DNA of 64,000 nucleotides from Candidatus Marinacidobacterales bacterium (GCA_965224085.1 CBDCYI010000005.1:1216001-1280000); one strand, 5' to 3'. Numbered from the stretch's first letter, positions 39,136 through 49,261 are shown. Notes: a model not told the origin generated them from the letters alone. Program-made: numbers and translations.

Positions 39136-39834
39136 TCACGCCCTCCCGCGCTCCAGAAAATATTCGACGCGCGCGAAATCCTCGGGCGTCGTCACTTTGA
39201 TGTTGCATTCGCTCCCTAGAACGAGGCGAACAGCGACATCGAGCCTCTCGACGAGAGCCGCTTCGTCGGTCCCGACGAAACCGTCGTTGTGAGCACGCTC
39301 GAAGGCGCGGCGCAAGAGCCTATACTGGAAACATTGAGGCGTCTGTGCGCGACAAAAAGCTGCGCGATCGACGGTCTCGCGGATCGTGTGCTCATCCGCG
39401 AGAGCTTTCAAGGTCTCGACCACGGGCACGGCCGCGATCGCGGCTTTGTACGCCGCGGCGGCCTCGACCACACGCCCGATGAGCTCTCCGTCTGCGCAGG
39501 GGCGGGCGCCGTCATGCACCGCCACGATCCCGTCATAGGTCGCGTCGACGGCGGAAAGACCTTCCCACGTCGAAGCCTGCCGCGTTTCGCCGCCGGGAAC
39601 GAAATCTACCGGCTTGAGGTCCAAAAACGGCTCCATTATCCGACAGCTCTCACCGAAACCCTCGCGCGGCAACACGAGCACGATGCGCTCCACCGCCCGA
39701 CATCCGTCGAAATGGGAAAGCGCATGCGCCAGGAGCGGCTTTCCTCCTAGGGGGAGAAATTGCTTGGGTGTCAGAGCGCCGAAGCGGCTTCCCGTCCCGC
39801 CCGCAACGAGGATCGCGATGGCCGAAGCGCTCAC
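39136..39834 (-). CDS. ispD: 2-C-methyl-D-erythritol 4-phosphate cytidylyltransferase
   Basis: AGG.GSRF...PKQF, VHDGARP, QTPQ, NIKVTTPED; GTG 39834 overlaps upstream stop. Confidence 0.93.
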   Translation of the reverse strand: MSASAIAILVAGGTGSRFGALTPKQFLPLGGKPLLAHALSHFDGCRAVERIVLVLPREGFGESCRIMEPFLDLKPVDFVPGGETRQASTWEGLSAVDATYDGIVAVHDGARPCADGELIGRVVEAAAAYKAAIAAVPVVETLKALADEHTIRETVDRAAFCRAQTPQCFQYRLLRRAFERAHNDGFVGTDEAALVERLDVAVRLVLGSECNIKVTTPEDFARVEYFLERGRA

Positions 39835-40571
39835 GGTGTCCTCGCACTCTCGAGAGTCTCGCTCACGACGGCTCGTACGGTGTCGAGAAGCTTGCCGGCA
39901 TCCTCCTCCTCGAGGCCTTCGACCGGAACGGGTCGGTCTACGATGAGCTTTACCGTGCGCGGATAGACGGTGACGCGGCCGCGCTTCATCACGAGATGGC
40001 TGCCCACGATGGTCATCGGAACGACAGGGGTCGCCGCCTTGAGCGCCAGGCGAAAGCTCCCTTTCTTGAACGGCCGCATCAAGCCATCGTAGCTCCTCGT
40101 ACCCTCGGGAAATACGACGACCGAGGTTCCGGCCCGGATCTTGTCCGCGGCGAGGACGAGGCTCTCCCGCGCTCTCGTCGGATTTGTCCGATCGACGCCG
40201 ATATGACCGCTCAAGAACACGTGCCAACCGAGAAACGGAATCCGGTTGAGCGATTTCTTATAGAGGAAGCGAAACGACACCGGCAAATAAGCGAGGAGGA
40301 TGGGCGTGTCGAAGAGACTCTGATGGTTCGAGGCCAAAACGTAGGTTTGACCCGGCTCGAGATTCTCCGCTCCTTCGACTTCGACGCGGATCATGCACGT
40401 CTTCAGGATGAGCCAGGACCACAAGCTCGCGACGCGATGAGACGGTTGACCGCTCCGGAACAAGACTGCGAGCACCATCGACACCGCGCCGCAGCCGATC
40501 GTGTAGAGGGTAACGAGCGGAATGAACCAGAAAAGCGTTCGCAGCTTGAGCCAGGCGATGGAGTTATCCAC
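39831..40571 (-). CDS. plsC: 1-acyl-sn-glycerol-3-phosphate acyltransferase
   Basis: NHQSLFD, FPEGTRS, PFKKG; start uncertain (GTG 40571 chosen). Confidence 0.88.
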   Translation of the reverse strand: MDNSIAWLKLRTLFWFIPLVTLYTIGCGAVSMVLAVLFRSGQPSHRVASLWSWLILKTCMIRVEVEGAENLEPGQTYVLASNHQSLFDTPILLAYLPVSFRFLYKKSLNRIPFLGWHVFLSGHIGVDRTNPTRARESLVLAADKIRAGTSVVVFPEGTRSYDGLMRPFKKGSFRLALKAATPVVPMTIVGSHLVMKRGRVTVYPRTVKLIVDRPVPVEGLEEEDAGKLLDTVRAVVSETLESARTP

Positions 40572-40629
40572 AGCGGAGAAATTTAACGACAAAGGCACGA
40601 ACACGCAAAAGTCGCAAGGGACCCAATAG

Positions 40630-41202
40630 CTATCGGGCCGCGGCGCGCTCAGCGGCAGACTCGATGGCTTTGCCGAAAATCATCTTGCCGGCGGTCGTCT
40701 GAAGCACGCTGGTGACGGTGACGTCCACGTTCTTCCCGAGGAGCTTTCGCGCGTTGTCGACCACCACCATTGTCCCGTCATCGAGATAGGCGACGCCCTG
40801 GTTGTACTCTTTGCCCTCTTTGAGGATGAAGACCCGCATGAACTCACCCGGGAGCACAACGGGCTTCAACGCGTTGGCGAGCTCGTTGATATTCAGCACC
40901 TGAACACCGCGAACTTGCGCGACTTTGTTCAAGTTGCGTGTTACTCGCCATGGGAGGTCGATCTTCGCGAGAGGAACGCTCAAAAGCAGCGCAAACAAGA
41001 CGCCCACGAGCGCTCCGAGGAACCCTCCGGCCACTTGCTTGGCGCTCATGGCGCGGATACGGGTCTCGAGAAAGATGATCGCGCCGCCGAGCACCGTGCC
41101 CAGGGCGAGGTTCACGGGAAAGCCCCCTGGAACAGGTTGGTAAGCGGCGGAAGCCGCGGCCATCCCCGCCAGTAGCAATCCGCGTATCGAAAGAATCCAC
41201 AT
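40630..41202 (-). CDS. YacL-like membrane/TRAM protein apparently lacking its PIN domain
   Basis: TM N-terminus joined directly to NLNKVA...[18 protein letters not shown]...[14 protein letters not shown]...[14 protein letters not shown]; radA-ispD context. Confidence 0.8.
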   Translation of the reverse strand: MWILSIRGLLLAGMAAASAAYQPVPGGFPVNLALGTVLGGAIIFLETRIRAMSAKQVAGGFLGALVGVLFALLLSVPLAKIDLPWRVTRNLNKVAQVRGVQVLNINELANALKPVVLPGEFMRVFILKEGKEYNQGVAYLDDGTMVVVDNARKLLGKNVDVTVTSVLQTTAGKMIFGKAIESAAERAAAR

Positions 41203-41245
41203 AATCGTCACTCTCGGAAATCGGACCAATACATCGGTCCGCTTC

Positions 41246-42607
41246 TCAGAAAATCAACTCCATAAGCTCGGAAAGATTGCGCAAGCCGACGATCTCAAGG
41301 TCGGCAGGCGCGTCGTCGATGGGGCAATTGCCCGATGGGATCACGGCGCGCCCGAATCCCATACGTGCAATCTCTTTCACACGAAGCGGCACTTGCTGCG
41401 CCGCGCGGACCTCGCCAGCGAGGCCGACCTCGCCGATGAACACGCTACCGGTGTCGACCGGTTGCCCACGAAAGCTCGAGGCAACTGAGGCGATGAGGCC
41501 GAGATCCGCGACCGGCTCGTTGACATTGAGCCCACCGGCAACACTCACATAAACGTCTTCGCCCGCGAGCGAGATTTTCTCTCGCTTTTCTAGCACCGCG
41601 AGCAGCAAGGACAGGCGGTTCTGGTCGAAGCCGACGGCTACGCGGCGCGGATAGCCGAACCCTGAAGTCGAAACGAGCGTCTGGATCTCGAGCAGCATTG
41701 GCCGCGTTCCCTCGAGCGAGCACACGACGACCGAGCCCGGTGCGCTCTCCGGTCGCTCGGAAAGGAACAAGCCCGACGGATTCTCGACGGGGATGAGACC
41801 GCCGGAAGTCATCTCGAAGATACCGAGCTCACCCGCGGCGCCATATCGGTTCTTCGTCGCGCGCACGATGCGGTGAGCGTGGTGCCGATCGCCTTCAAAA
41901 TAGAGCACCGTATCCACCATGTGCTCGAGCGCTTTCGGCCCCGCGAGGTTGCCTTCTTTATTGACGTGGCCGGCCAGAAAAACAGGCGTCCCGGTGGACT
42001 TCGCGAAATACAGAAGCTCCGCCGTCACTTCGCGGACCTGACTGATACTTCCGGGCGCCGATGAAAATTTTGGGGAGTAGATCGTTTGTACGGAGTCGAC
42101 AATGACGAGCGAGGGCGATTCACGCCGTAATGCATCGATGACGCGCTCGAGCTCTGTCTCGCTGTAAAGCAAGAGCGAGCTGCCTTCGACGCCGAGCCGG
42201 TCGCCGCGAAGCTTTAATTGCCGTTCGGATTCCTCACCACTCACATACAGGACCGAGAAGCTTTCCTTCGCGCGGGCGGCGGCGACTTGCAAAAGCAATG
42301 TAGATTTCCCGATACCGGGATCCCCTCCGAGCAGAACGAGGGAGCCGGAGACGATACCGCCGCCAAGAACGCGGTCGAACTCGAGAGAGCCACTACCGAC
42401 ACGTACCGCATCATCTGTCCGCACCTCCGCATAGAGTTGAGGACGTCCCGACGTCGCCAGACCGACACGGCTGCGCTCTGTGCCGAGACAAACAGATTTT
42501 TCTTCGACGAGGCTGTTCCAAGCGTCGCAATCCGGACAGCGACCAAGCCACTTACTGGCGGTCGCGCCACATTGCTGGCAGACAAAAGCCGTCTTCAGCT
42601 TACTCAT
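41246..42607 (-). CDS. radA: DNA repair protein RadA/Sms
   Basis: C4 zinc finger, [16 protein letters not shown]. Confidence 0.96.
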   Translation of the reverse strand: MSKLKTAFVCQQCGATASKWLGRCPDCDAWNSLVEEKSVCLGTERSRVGLATSGRPQLYAEVRTDDAVRVGSGSLEFDRVLGGGIVSGSLVLLGGDPGIGKSTLLLQVAAARAKESFSVLYVSGEESERQLKLRGDRLGVEGSSLLLYSETELERVIDALRRESPSLVIVDSVQTIYSPKFSSAPGSISQVREVTAELLYFAKSTGTPVFLAGHVNKEGNLAGPKALEHMVDTVLYFEGDRHHAHRIVRATKNRYGAAGELGIFEMTSGGLIPVENPSGLFLSERPESAPGSVVVCSLEGTRPMLLEIQTLVSTSGFGYPRRVAVGFDQNRLSLLLAVLEKREKISLAGEDVYVSVAGGLNVNEPVADLGLIASVASSFRGQPVDTGSVFIGEVGLAGEVRAAQQVPLRVKEIARMGFGRAVIPSGNCPIDDAPADLEIVGLRNLSELMELIF

Positions 42608-42660
42608 CGGAACAAGGAGGCCTCGGCGTACGAACGGATGACGTTAATGAAAGTATAACA

Positions 42661-42720
42661 TCAGCATTCAGGATTCAGCATTGAGGCACAATCCTGAATC
42701 CTGAATGCTGAATCCTGAGC
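42661..42720. repeat. Heptamer-built inverted repeat (23-bp stem, one mismatch)
   Basis: TCAGCATTCAGGATTCAGCATTG (42661-42683), AGGCA loop, CAATCCTGAATCCTGAATGCTGA (42689-42711). Confidence 0.85.
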
Positions 42721-44072
42721 TAAATGACCTCATCATGCCGCCACTCCAGGTTCTCGAAGCGTGTGTACTCCTTGATGAAGGCCATTTTGATGTGTCCGGT
42801 GGGGCCGTTTCTTTGCTTGCCGATGACGAGCTCCGCGATCCCTCGATTGTCAGGGGTAGCGTTGTACTCCTCTTCGCGGAAAATGAAGACCACAAGGTCC
42901 GCATCCTGCTCGAGCGCGCCCGATTCACGGAGGTCCGACAGGTGGGGTCGGTGGTCGCCGCGGCTCTCCGTCGCGCGCGAGAGCTGTGAGAGCGCCACAA
43001 TCGGCACGTTGAGCTCTTTTGCGAGCCCCTTGAGGGAGCGACTGATGTTGCTGATTTCCTGGGTACGGTTCTCGAAGCGTCCACGACCCTGCATCAACTG
43101 CAGATAGTCCACGATGACGAGGTCGAGGCCGTGCTCGAGCTTGAGCCGCCTCGTCTTCGCGCGCATCTCCATGACCGAGATCGAAGCGGTGTCGTCGATG
43201 AAGACTTTCGCTTGCGACATGTCGGAGACGCTCTGAACGAGCTTGGCCCAATCCTTCTCCGACAAAAAGCCCGAGCGCAGCTTGTGCATGTCCACGCGAG
43301 CCTCGCCGCAGAGCATGCGCAAGACGAGTTGCTCTTTCGACATTTCGAGGCTGAAGACCCCAACCGTCTTGCCGGTCTTGAGCCCGACATACTGGGCGAT
43401 GTTCATGCAAAAGCTCGTCTTACCCATGGCCGGCCGTGCCGCGACGATGATGAGGTCGGAGGACTGAAGGCCCGAGGTCAACTCGTCGAACTCGACGAAG
43501 CCTGTCGGGATCCCAGTGATGAGCTCCTTTTTCTCCGAAAGCTCATCGATGGTCTTGAACGTGGTCTTGATGATCGAGCTCACGGGCTCGAAGCCGACAT
43601 GGAGGGCGCCCTCGGCGATCTCGAAGATAGATTTCTCGGCCTCGTCGAGAACCGACTGCGTCTCTTCCGGCTGATCGAAAGCGGCCTGAGAGATGCGATT
43701 CGCCGCGGAGATGAGATTCCGCAGGACGGCCTTGTCTTTGACGATCCGGGCGTAATAGGGGACATTGGTCGCGCGGGGAACGCCCTCGACGAGAGAGCTC
43801 AGATAAGCAACGCCTCCAGCGCGCTCGAGCTCGCCGGCTCGCGACATCTCTTCTTTGAGAGTGACGAGATCGATCGCATCGCCGCGCTCCGCGAGCACAG
43901 CCATCCTCGAGAAAATCTTGCGGTGGGCGTCCCGGTAGAAATCGGCTTCGGTGATGAGCTCCGAAGCGTTATGAAACGCCTCGTTCTCGATGAGGATGGC
44001 GCCGAGGACGGTCCGCTCTGCCTCGAGATTGTGGGGCAGCGGCCTTTCGAGAGCGGTGTCCAGCTGAGCCAA
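42720..44072 (-). CDS. dnaB: Replicative DNA helicase
   Basis: ARPAMGKT, DYLQL, LSDLRESG.LEQDAD, KQRNGP. Confidence 0.97.
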   Translation of the reverse strand: MAQLDTALERPLPHNLEAERTVLGAILIENEAFHNASELITEADFYRDAHRKIFSRMAVLAERGDAIDLVTLKEEMSRAGELERAGGVAYLSSLVEGVPRATNVPYYARIVKDKAVLRNLISAANRISQAAFDQPEETQSVLDEAEKSIFEIAEGALHVGFEPVSSIIKTTFKTIDELSEKKELITGIPTGFVEFDELTSGLQSSDLIIVAARPAMGKTSFCMNIAQYVGLKTGKTVGVFSLEMSKEQLVLRMLCGEARVDMHKLRSGFLSEKDWAKLVQSVSDMSQAKVFIDDTASISVMEMRAKTRRLKLEHGLDLVIVDYLQLMQGRGRFENRTQEISNISRSLKGLAKELNVPIVALSQLSRATESRGDHRPHLSDLRESGALEQDADLVVFIFREEEYNATPDNRGIAELVIGKQRNGPTGHIKMAFIKEYTRFENLEWRHDEVI

Positions 44073-44074
44073 AT

Positions 44075-44560
44075 CTAGGTCTCTCTGTTCTCGTCCTTTA
44101 CTACTTCCGCGGTTTCGTCCTTCTCGACCGTGATCGGGAAGCTCGCCGACACTTCGGGATGGAACTTGATGGTAGCGGAAAACTCGCCGATCGATTTGAT
44201 GGGCTCGCTGAGCATGATTTTCCGCTTCTCGACCGTGAAACCTTTTTCTGCCAGCGCTTCGGCGACGTCTGTCGGCGACACGGATCCATAAAGCTCTTCC
44301 GTTTCGCCATGAATTTTGCGCCGGAAGTTGAGCGTCACTGCCGACAAACGGTTGGCGAGAGTCTCAGCCTCCCCTTTTTCTTTCGCAAGCTTTACCAAAT
44401 AGATCTTCTTCTCCTTCTCTATCAGACGAAGATTGTCGTCGTTAACCTCCATCGCGAGGCGCTTGGGCAGCAAAAAATTACGCGCATAGCCGCGGCTGAC
44501 GTTGACGACGTCGCCGCGCCCACCGAGATGATCGACTTCTTCACGCAGAATGAGTCGCAT
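44075..44560 (-). CDS. rplI: 50S ribosomal protein L9
   Basis: LG..GDVV.V..GYARNFLLP, LYGSV. Confidence 0.96.
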   Translation of the reverse strand: MRLILREEVDHLGGRGDVVNVSRGYARNFLLPKRLAMEVNDDNLRLIEKEKKIYLVKLAKEKGEAETLANRLSAVTLNFRRKIHGETEELYGSVSPTDVAEALAEKGFTVEKRKIMLSEPIKSIGEFSATIKFHPEVSASFPITVEKDETAEVVKDENRET

Positions 44561-44635
44561 GACGTTGTTTCGCTCCTTTACCTTTGCATAATGCCTAGTT
44601 CGCGCTTCTCCCGCAGCTTGCCTCGCCCGGGGCTT

Positions 44636-44664
44636 GCCTCGCCGAAGCCCGAAGGCGAAGGCGG
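44636..44664 (+). repeat. REP-like palindromic element
   Basis: GCCTCGCCGAAGCCCGAAGGCGAAGGCGG in the rpsR-rplI spacer, preceded by a partial copy. Confidence 0.7.
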
Positions 44665-44668
44665 GCGT

Positions 44669-44926
44669 CTAGGCGTATGGAAGAAGCGCCATGTAGCGTG
44701 CGCGCTTAATCGCGACTTTCAGCATCCGTTGAGAACGGGCGCTGGCTCGTGAGATACGCCGCGGCAAAATCTTGGCCCGCTCGGGCGTGAAGTTTTGCAA
44801 GAGGCGAAAGTCCTTCCAATCGATATAGTCGACTTTGTCGAGGAGCGGATTTACCTTCGCCCGGCGGTAATAGAATCGTCTCTTACCGCCACGCCGCGGG
44901 CCGCTGCTCGATCTCCTCTGTTGCAT
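44669..44926 (-). CDS. rpsR: 30S ribosomal protein S18 (no Zn-binding Cys)
   Basis: IDWKD...KILPRRI...[13 protein letters not shown]. Confidence 0.95.
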   Translation of the reverse strand: MQQRRSSSGPRRGGKRRFYYRRAKVNPLLDKVDYIDWKDFRLLQNFTPERAKILPRRISRASARSQRMLKVAIKRARYMALLPYA

Positions 44927-44950
44927 CAATCTCTCCTTGAAAAACGGGCC

Positions 44951-45394
44951 TTATTCGGCCGAATCCGTGGACTCCGCAGATGGCGCCGCCGCCGGCTCGG
45001 CAACGGGCGCCTTCTCGCCCTCCGAAGCCTTTTTCGCGGCCTTTCTCCGGCGACGGGCCTGAGCTTTCTCGTCCCCGCGTGCTTTGCGGCGCTCGAGCTT
45101 GGCCTGCTGTTCGTCCATGCGGACGGTTAGAAAACGCAGCACGCCGTCCGTCACCCGGAGGCGACGCTCCATCTCCGAAATAGCCGTGGGCTCGGCCTTC
45201 AAATAGCTCAGGATGTAACTTCCTTCCCAATTCCCCTTGATAGCATAGGCGAGACGCCTCTTGCCCCATGGCTCGGTCTTTTCGACCTCGACCCCTTGCT
45301 TCGACATCAACTCTTCGATTTTTATCAAAAGCGCCTTGGACCCATCCTCGTCCAGCTTGGGATCGAGGATGTACATCAATTCATAGCTACGCAA
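44951..45394 (-). CDS. rpsF: 30S ribosomal protein S6
   Basis: YELMYIL.P, WGKRRLAY.I, VLRF; TTG 45394 with GGAGG RBS. Confidence 0.95.
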   Translation of the reverse strand: MRSYELMYILDPKLDEDGSKALLIKIEELMSKQGVEVEKTEPWGKRRLAYAIKGNWEGSYILSYLKAEPTAISEMERRLRVTDGVLRFLTVRMDEQQAKLERRKARGDEKAQARRRRKAAKKASEGEKAPVAEPAAAPSAESTDSAE

Positions 45395-45998
45395 GCCTTC
45401 CTCCTTGACCGCTCGGCGCATCCGGCTGCGCCTCGAGCGGCTGGTTGTAACGGGACATCGCTTTTATCATCCCCTCGTTCAAAACTGCTTTGGCGGCATC
45501 GACAACCCGCTCGAGTGCTCCGTTTAACACCGGCCGCTCCGACGCTTCGAAGGACGAGGTGACCCACTCCACGAGGTCGGCGGGAACCTCTTCAGTACCC
45601 ACGCCGATGCGCAGACGCGCGACGTCGTTGCCGCCGAGTGCTTTGATCACTGAAGCGAGCCCGTTGTGCCCGCCGTCGCTGCCGCGCTCCCGTAGCCGCA
45701 GCGTGCCAAGCGGAATCGCCACGTCATCCAAGATAATCATTACCTCTCGTCGCTCGTAAGAGCGCTCTTTCACCAAGTCCGCCACCGGCCCTCCGCTAAG
45801 GTTCATGAAAGATAGCGGTTTCATCAGCGTCAGCGTCCGGCCTTCGAGCTCAATCTCTGCCCTGACGGCATCTCTCGTCGCGGCCGTCCATCGACCGCCA
45901 CCTGCTTCGAGGATGCGATCCACCGCATCGAAACCGACATTATGTCGCGTACCCTCGTAGCGAGGCCCGGGGTTTCCGAGGCCCACAAGCAATCGCAA
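45387..45998 (-). CDS. pth: Peptidyl-tRNA hydrolase
   Basis: GLGNPG..Y..TRHNVG, MNLSG, GGHNGL. Confidence 0.96.
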   Translation of the reverse strand: MRLLVGLGNPGPRYEGTRHNVGFDAVDRILEAGGGRWTAATRDAVRAEIELEGRTLTLMKPLSFMNLSGGPVADLVKERSYERREVMIILDDVAIPLGTLRLRERGSDGGHNGLASVIKALGGNDVARLRIGVGTEEVPADLVEWVTSSFEASERPVLNGALERVVDAAKAVLNEGMIKAMSRYNQPLEAQPDAPSGQGGRLA

Positions 45999-46004
45999 TG
46001 GACC

Positions 46005-46679
46005 TTACTCTTTCGAGGCCTCCCCGGACGCATCTTTTTTCGAGGCTTCGTCACCTTCGGCACCTTCGGCGCCCTCCGCCGCGGCTTCGCCTTCCTCCGG
46101 CTCTTCCACTTCCTCGACCTTCGGTGCGAGCACGTGCGCGATCACGACGTTGAGCTCCGAGATGAGCGTGACGTTGGGAGGCAGCTCGAGGCTCGAAGCC
46201 CTCAGATAGTCACCAATATCGAGACTCTCAACGTCCGCGACGATGGTCTCCGGAATGTCTTTCGGAAGGCACGAGACGTCCACATTGCGGGTAACGAAAT
46301 CCAACATGCCGCCACCAGTCTTGACACCGACCGCCGTTCCGGTGAGCTCGATAGCAACGGAAAGCGTCATCTCCTTGTCCATCGCCACGCGGATCAGATC
46401 GGCGTGCAGCAGCTCGTGATTTACCGGCTCGAGCTGATAGTCCTTGATCATGACGTTTTGTTTGCCCTTCGCTCCCTTGACGGAAAGCGCGAAAATCGTG
46501 TTGACGCCGCCGTGAGACCGGATGATGCCCACGACTTGGCTCGGGTCCACGCTCAAAGGGACAGGCTCTTTGTTGTCCCCATACAGTACCGCCGGGACTC
46601 TGCCCTCGGCGCGAAGTCGCCGGTTCGACCCTTTGCCAAAGCTCGACCGCGGTTGTGCTTTCATCACCGTCGATGCCAT
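46005..46679 (-). CDS. rplY: 50S ribosomal protein L25/Ctc
   Basis: RRLR..G.VPAVLYG, HADL, GVK.GG; start moved to ATG 46679. Confidence 0.94.
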   Translation of the reverse strand: MASTVMKAQPRSSFGKGSNRRLRAEGRVPAVLYGDNKEPVPLSVDPSQVVGIIRSHGGVNTIFALSVKGAKGKQNVMIKDYQLEPVNHELLHADLIRVAMDKEMTLSVAIELTGTAVGVKTGGGMLDFVTRNVDVSCLPKDIPETIVADVESLDIGDYLRASSLELPPNVTLISELNVVIAHVLAPKVEEVEEPEEGEAAAEGAEGAEGDEASKKDASGEASKE

Positions 46680-46812
46680 CGAAGGTTTTCCTTTCGCATT
46701 TCTAGGCCCCCAAGGGACAAACGGAGAGTATACCTCAGCTATCGACGGCGAGCCATCGCTTCCTGGCATACGTCGCATACAGCCGAGAATTGTGGAGCAC
46801 TGAAGATCGAGC

Positions 46813-47754
46813 TCAAACGAAAAGCGAGCTGACCGACGTCTCCTCGTGAACGCTCTTTATGGCCTTGCCCAAGAGCGAAGCAACCGAGAGCACGTGAATT
46901 TTGTCGCATTCTTGCGCGTCTTGGCGCAGCGGGATGGTATTCGAAACGATGACCTTCTCGATCGGCGAAGCATTGATGCGCTCGATGGCGGGTTCTGAGA
47001 GCACCGGATGGGTGCACACCGCGAGCACGCGTTTCGCTCCAGCCTCGTGCAACGCATCGACGGCTCTCACTAGAGTCGCCGCAGAGTCACACATGTCGTC
47101 CACGACAAGAGCCGTCTTGCCGGAGACATCACCGATGACATGGATGGTCTCGATCTCGTGATTGGTCGCGCGGCGTTTGTCCATGACCGCGAGAGCCACT
47201 TTGAGACGTTTCGCATAGGCCCTCGCCCTTTCGACACCGCCGGCGTCGGGGGACACGATCACAAGAGGCTCGATGTTCATGGACGAGACATGGTCGAGCA
47301 TCACGGGAGCCGCAAAAAGATTGTCCACGGGGATATCGAAAAAACCCTGGATCTGCCCGACATGCAGGTCCATCGCAACGAGCCGGTTGGTGCCCGCCGT
47401 CGAAAGGAGGTCAGCGACGAGCTTTGCCGAGATCGGGACACGCGGGCGGTCCTTGCGGTCTTGCCGAGCGTAACCATAATAAGGGAGGATGGCCGTGATC
47501 CGACCCGCAGACGCGCGTTTGAACGCGTCGATCATCACCAGCATTTCCACGAGGTGCTCGTTCACCGGCGGGGCTGTCGGCTGCACCACGAAAACGTCCG
47601 CTCCGCGGACGTTCTCGGTAATCTGGAAAGAAACCTCGCTGTCGGCGAAGCGCTTCAACTGCGCTTGCCCGAGCGGGACGCCCAGGCTCTCTGCAATGTC
47701 CTCGGTCAATGCCGGGTTGCAGCTACCGCCAAACAGTTTCAATGGTCTACCCAT
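46813..47754 (-). CDS. prs: Ribose-phosphate pyrophosphokinase
   Basis: PYYGYARQDRK, DLH..QIQGFF, VSPDAGG; ATG 47754. Confidence 0.96.
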   Translation of the reverse strand: MGRPLKLFGGSCNPALTEDIAESLGVPLGQAQLKRFADSEVSFQITENVRGADVFVVQPTAPPVNEHLVEMLVMIDAFKRASAGRITAILPYYGYARQDRKDRPRVPISAKLVADLLSTAGTNRLVAMDLHVGQIQGFFDIPVDNLFAAPVMLDHVSSMNIEPLVIVSPDAGGVERARAYAKRLKVALAVMDKRRATNHEIETIHVIGDVSGKTALVVDDMCDSAATLVRAVDALHEAGAKRVLAVCTHPVLSEPAIERINASPIEKVIVSNTIPLRQDAQECDKIHVLSVASLLGKAIKSVHEETSVSSLFV

Positions 47755-47835
47755 CTCGTCTCTAAAAACCTTCAACGAAAAGCCTTCCTCGGGATCCGGA
47801 TTCGGCCGAGAACGCCTCTGTCGCGGCCGCAAAAA

Positions 47836-47910
47836 TGGCTGGGGCGGAAGGATTCGAACCTTCGAATACCGGATCCAAAGTCCGGCGCCTTACCGCTTGG
47901 CCACGCCCCA
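47836..47910 (-). tRNA. tRNA-Gln (TTG)
   Basis: TGGGGCG/CGCCCCA acceptor, anticodon loop CTTTGGA, CCA. Confidence 0.95.
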
Positions 47911-47937
47911 TTCAGCATTCAGCATTCAGCATTCAGC
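47910..47937. repeat. (ATTCAGC)4 tandem heptamer abutting the tRNA-Gln 5' end
   Basis: Four perfect units read directly. Confidence 0.9.
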
Positions 47938-47946
47938 ATTTCCGGC

Positions 47947-48288
47947 CTATAGCTCTCCGGTCGGGCTGGGCGGCGGCGGAGCCTCCGAAGGGACGGCACC
48001 TTCGGGCAACACGCGTGACTCGAGCTCGTTGCCATCCGATACTTCTTTGCGATAACGGGTAAGAATCTGATGTTCCATGCGTCGACGGGTGTCGCTGTTC
48101 AGAGGATGCGCGATGTCTCGAAACGTGCCGTCTTTCCGCTTCTTGCTCGGCATCGACACGAATAGACCCTTCGGGCCGTGGATGATCTTGATATCGCTGA
48201 TGACGAAACAGTCATCCAGAATGATCGAGACAAAGGCCTTCAACTTCTCGTCGTCGACCGGGAATACTCGCACCTCGGTGATATCCAT
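47947..48288 (-). CDS. spoVG: SpoVG family nucleic-acid-binding protein
   Basis: MDITEVRV, GLFVSMPS, FRDIAHPLN. Confidence 0.93.
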   Translation of the reverse strand: MDITEVRVFPVDDEKLKAFVSIILDDCFVISDIKIIHGPKGLFVSMPSKKRKDGTFRDIAHPLNSDTRRRMEHQILTRYRKEVSDGNELESRVLPEGAVPSEAPPPPSPTGEL

Positions 48289-48341
48289 CGAAGCTCTCCT
48301 TCTCGACTTACCTGGGAGTACCGCTCCTCACTACGTTCGGG

Positions 48342-49247
48342 TCATGCACGAGAGACCTCGCTCGAAAGCCATCGTCTTCGGTAGTCCTCTCGTGGAAGCA
48401 TTCTCGTCGCAACAGCGTGGAGACCGTTTTGGCACAACGCATTGGCGGCCGCCTGGGCCGAGTCCACATCTTGGAAAACGCCAAAGACGGCAGAACCGCT
48501 ACCCGCCATCATGGACCCTCGCGCGCCACGGTCGAGAAGCCTTTGCTTGAACTCCTGGATAGGAGCTAGGCGTTCGCCTGTCGCTCCTTCAAGATGATTC
48601 ACCAGCTCGCCTAATCCATCCCGAACGGAGGGACTTCTCCAAGTGAAATTCTGGAGGAGTGTAAGCTCCGATTGAGGTCTTGTCAATCTCAAATTGGCAT
48701 AGGTCGCGGCCGTCGAGACCTCGAAGTCCGGAAGAATCAACACGATTGGCCAGTCGAGCTCGAGGTCGAGGGGGAAAACTTCGTCCCCGCGACCTACCGC
48801 TAGCGCCGTGCCGCCATGTAGAAAGAAAGGCACATCCATCCCGATCGAGCTCGCGAGCCGATGGAGCTGCGCCTCCGGAAGATCGAGCTTCCATAGCCAG
48901 TCGAGCGCTCGCAGCGTCACCGCGGCATCCGCGCTCCCGCCGCCTAGCCCCATGCCCGGGGGCACCCGCTTGTCGAGATGGATCGCCACACCGCTCCCCC
49001 GAGGCGCCTGCTCGGCCACGAGCGCAGCGGCCCGGTAGACCAGATTCTCAGAGCCCTTGGGGATGTCGGTTCGGTTCGTCGTGAGCTGAATCCGCCGTTG
49101 CCCCTCCGGTGTTGTCCGGAAAGTGAGCTCGTCACCAAAATCGACGGTTTGCAGAATCGTGCGTAGCTCGTGATAGCCATCCTCGCGCTTCGCCAGGATC
49201 TCAAGCCCGAGATTAATCTTGGCAAAGGCACGGGCGACGAGCGTCAT
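48342..49247 (-). CDS. ispE: 4-diphosphocytidyl-2-C-methyl-D-erythritol kinase
   Basis: AKINL.L, DGYHEL, GLGGGSADAA, GSGS.VF. Confidence 0.95.
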   Translation of the reverse strand: MTLVARAFAKINLGLEILAKREDGYHELRTILQTVDFGDELTFRTTPEGQRRIQLTTNRTDIPKGSENLVYRAAALVAEQAPRGSGVAIHLDKRVPPGMGLGGGSADAAVTLRALDWLWKLDLPEAQLHRLASSIGMDVPFFLHGGTALAVGRGDEVFPLDLELDWPIVLILPDFEVSTAATYANLRLTRPQSELTLLQNFTWRSPSVRDGLGELVNHLEGATGERLAPIQEFKQRLLDRGARGSMMAGSGSAVFGVFQDVDSAQAAANALCQNGLHAVATRMLPREDYRRRWLSSEVSRA

Positions 49248-49261
49248 AGGAGCTTAAGCCG

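Noticed and set aside
39835-40227. Long N-terminal extensions in the ORF track (ispD; likewise rplD, nusG, rpoA, EF-G2, rplY, prs)
   Set aside because: Artefacts of longest-ORF calling; downstream starts match family N-termini
40564-40572. Perfect DnaA box TTATCCACA (near match at 63453)
   Set aside because: Single box at a gene start with no cluster or AT-rich unwinding region; not an origin
44927-44950. Absence of ssb between rpsF and rpsR, and of an L10 leader before rplJ
   Set aside because: Ordinary gene-order variation; no remnant or scar visible
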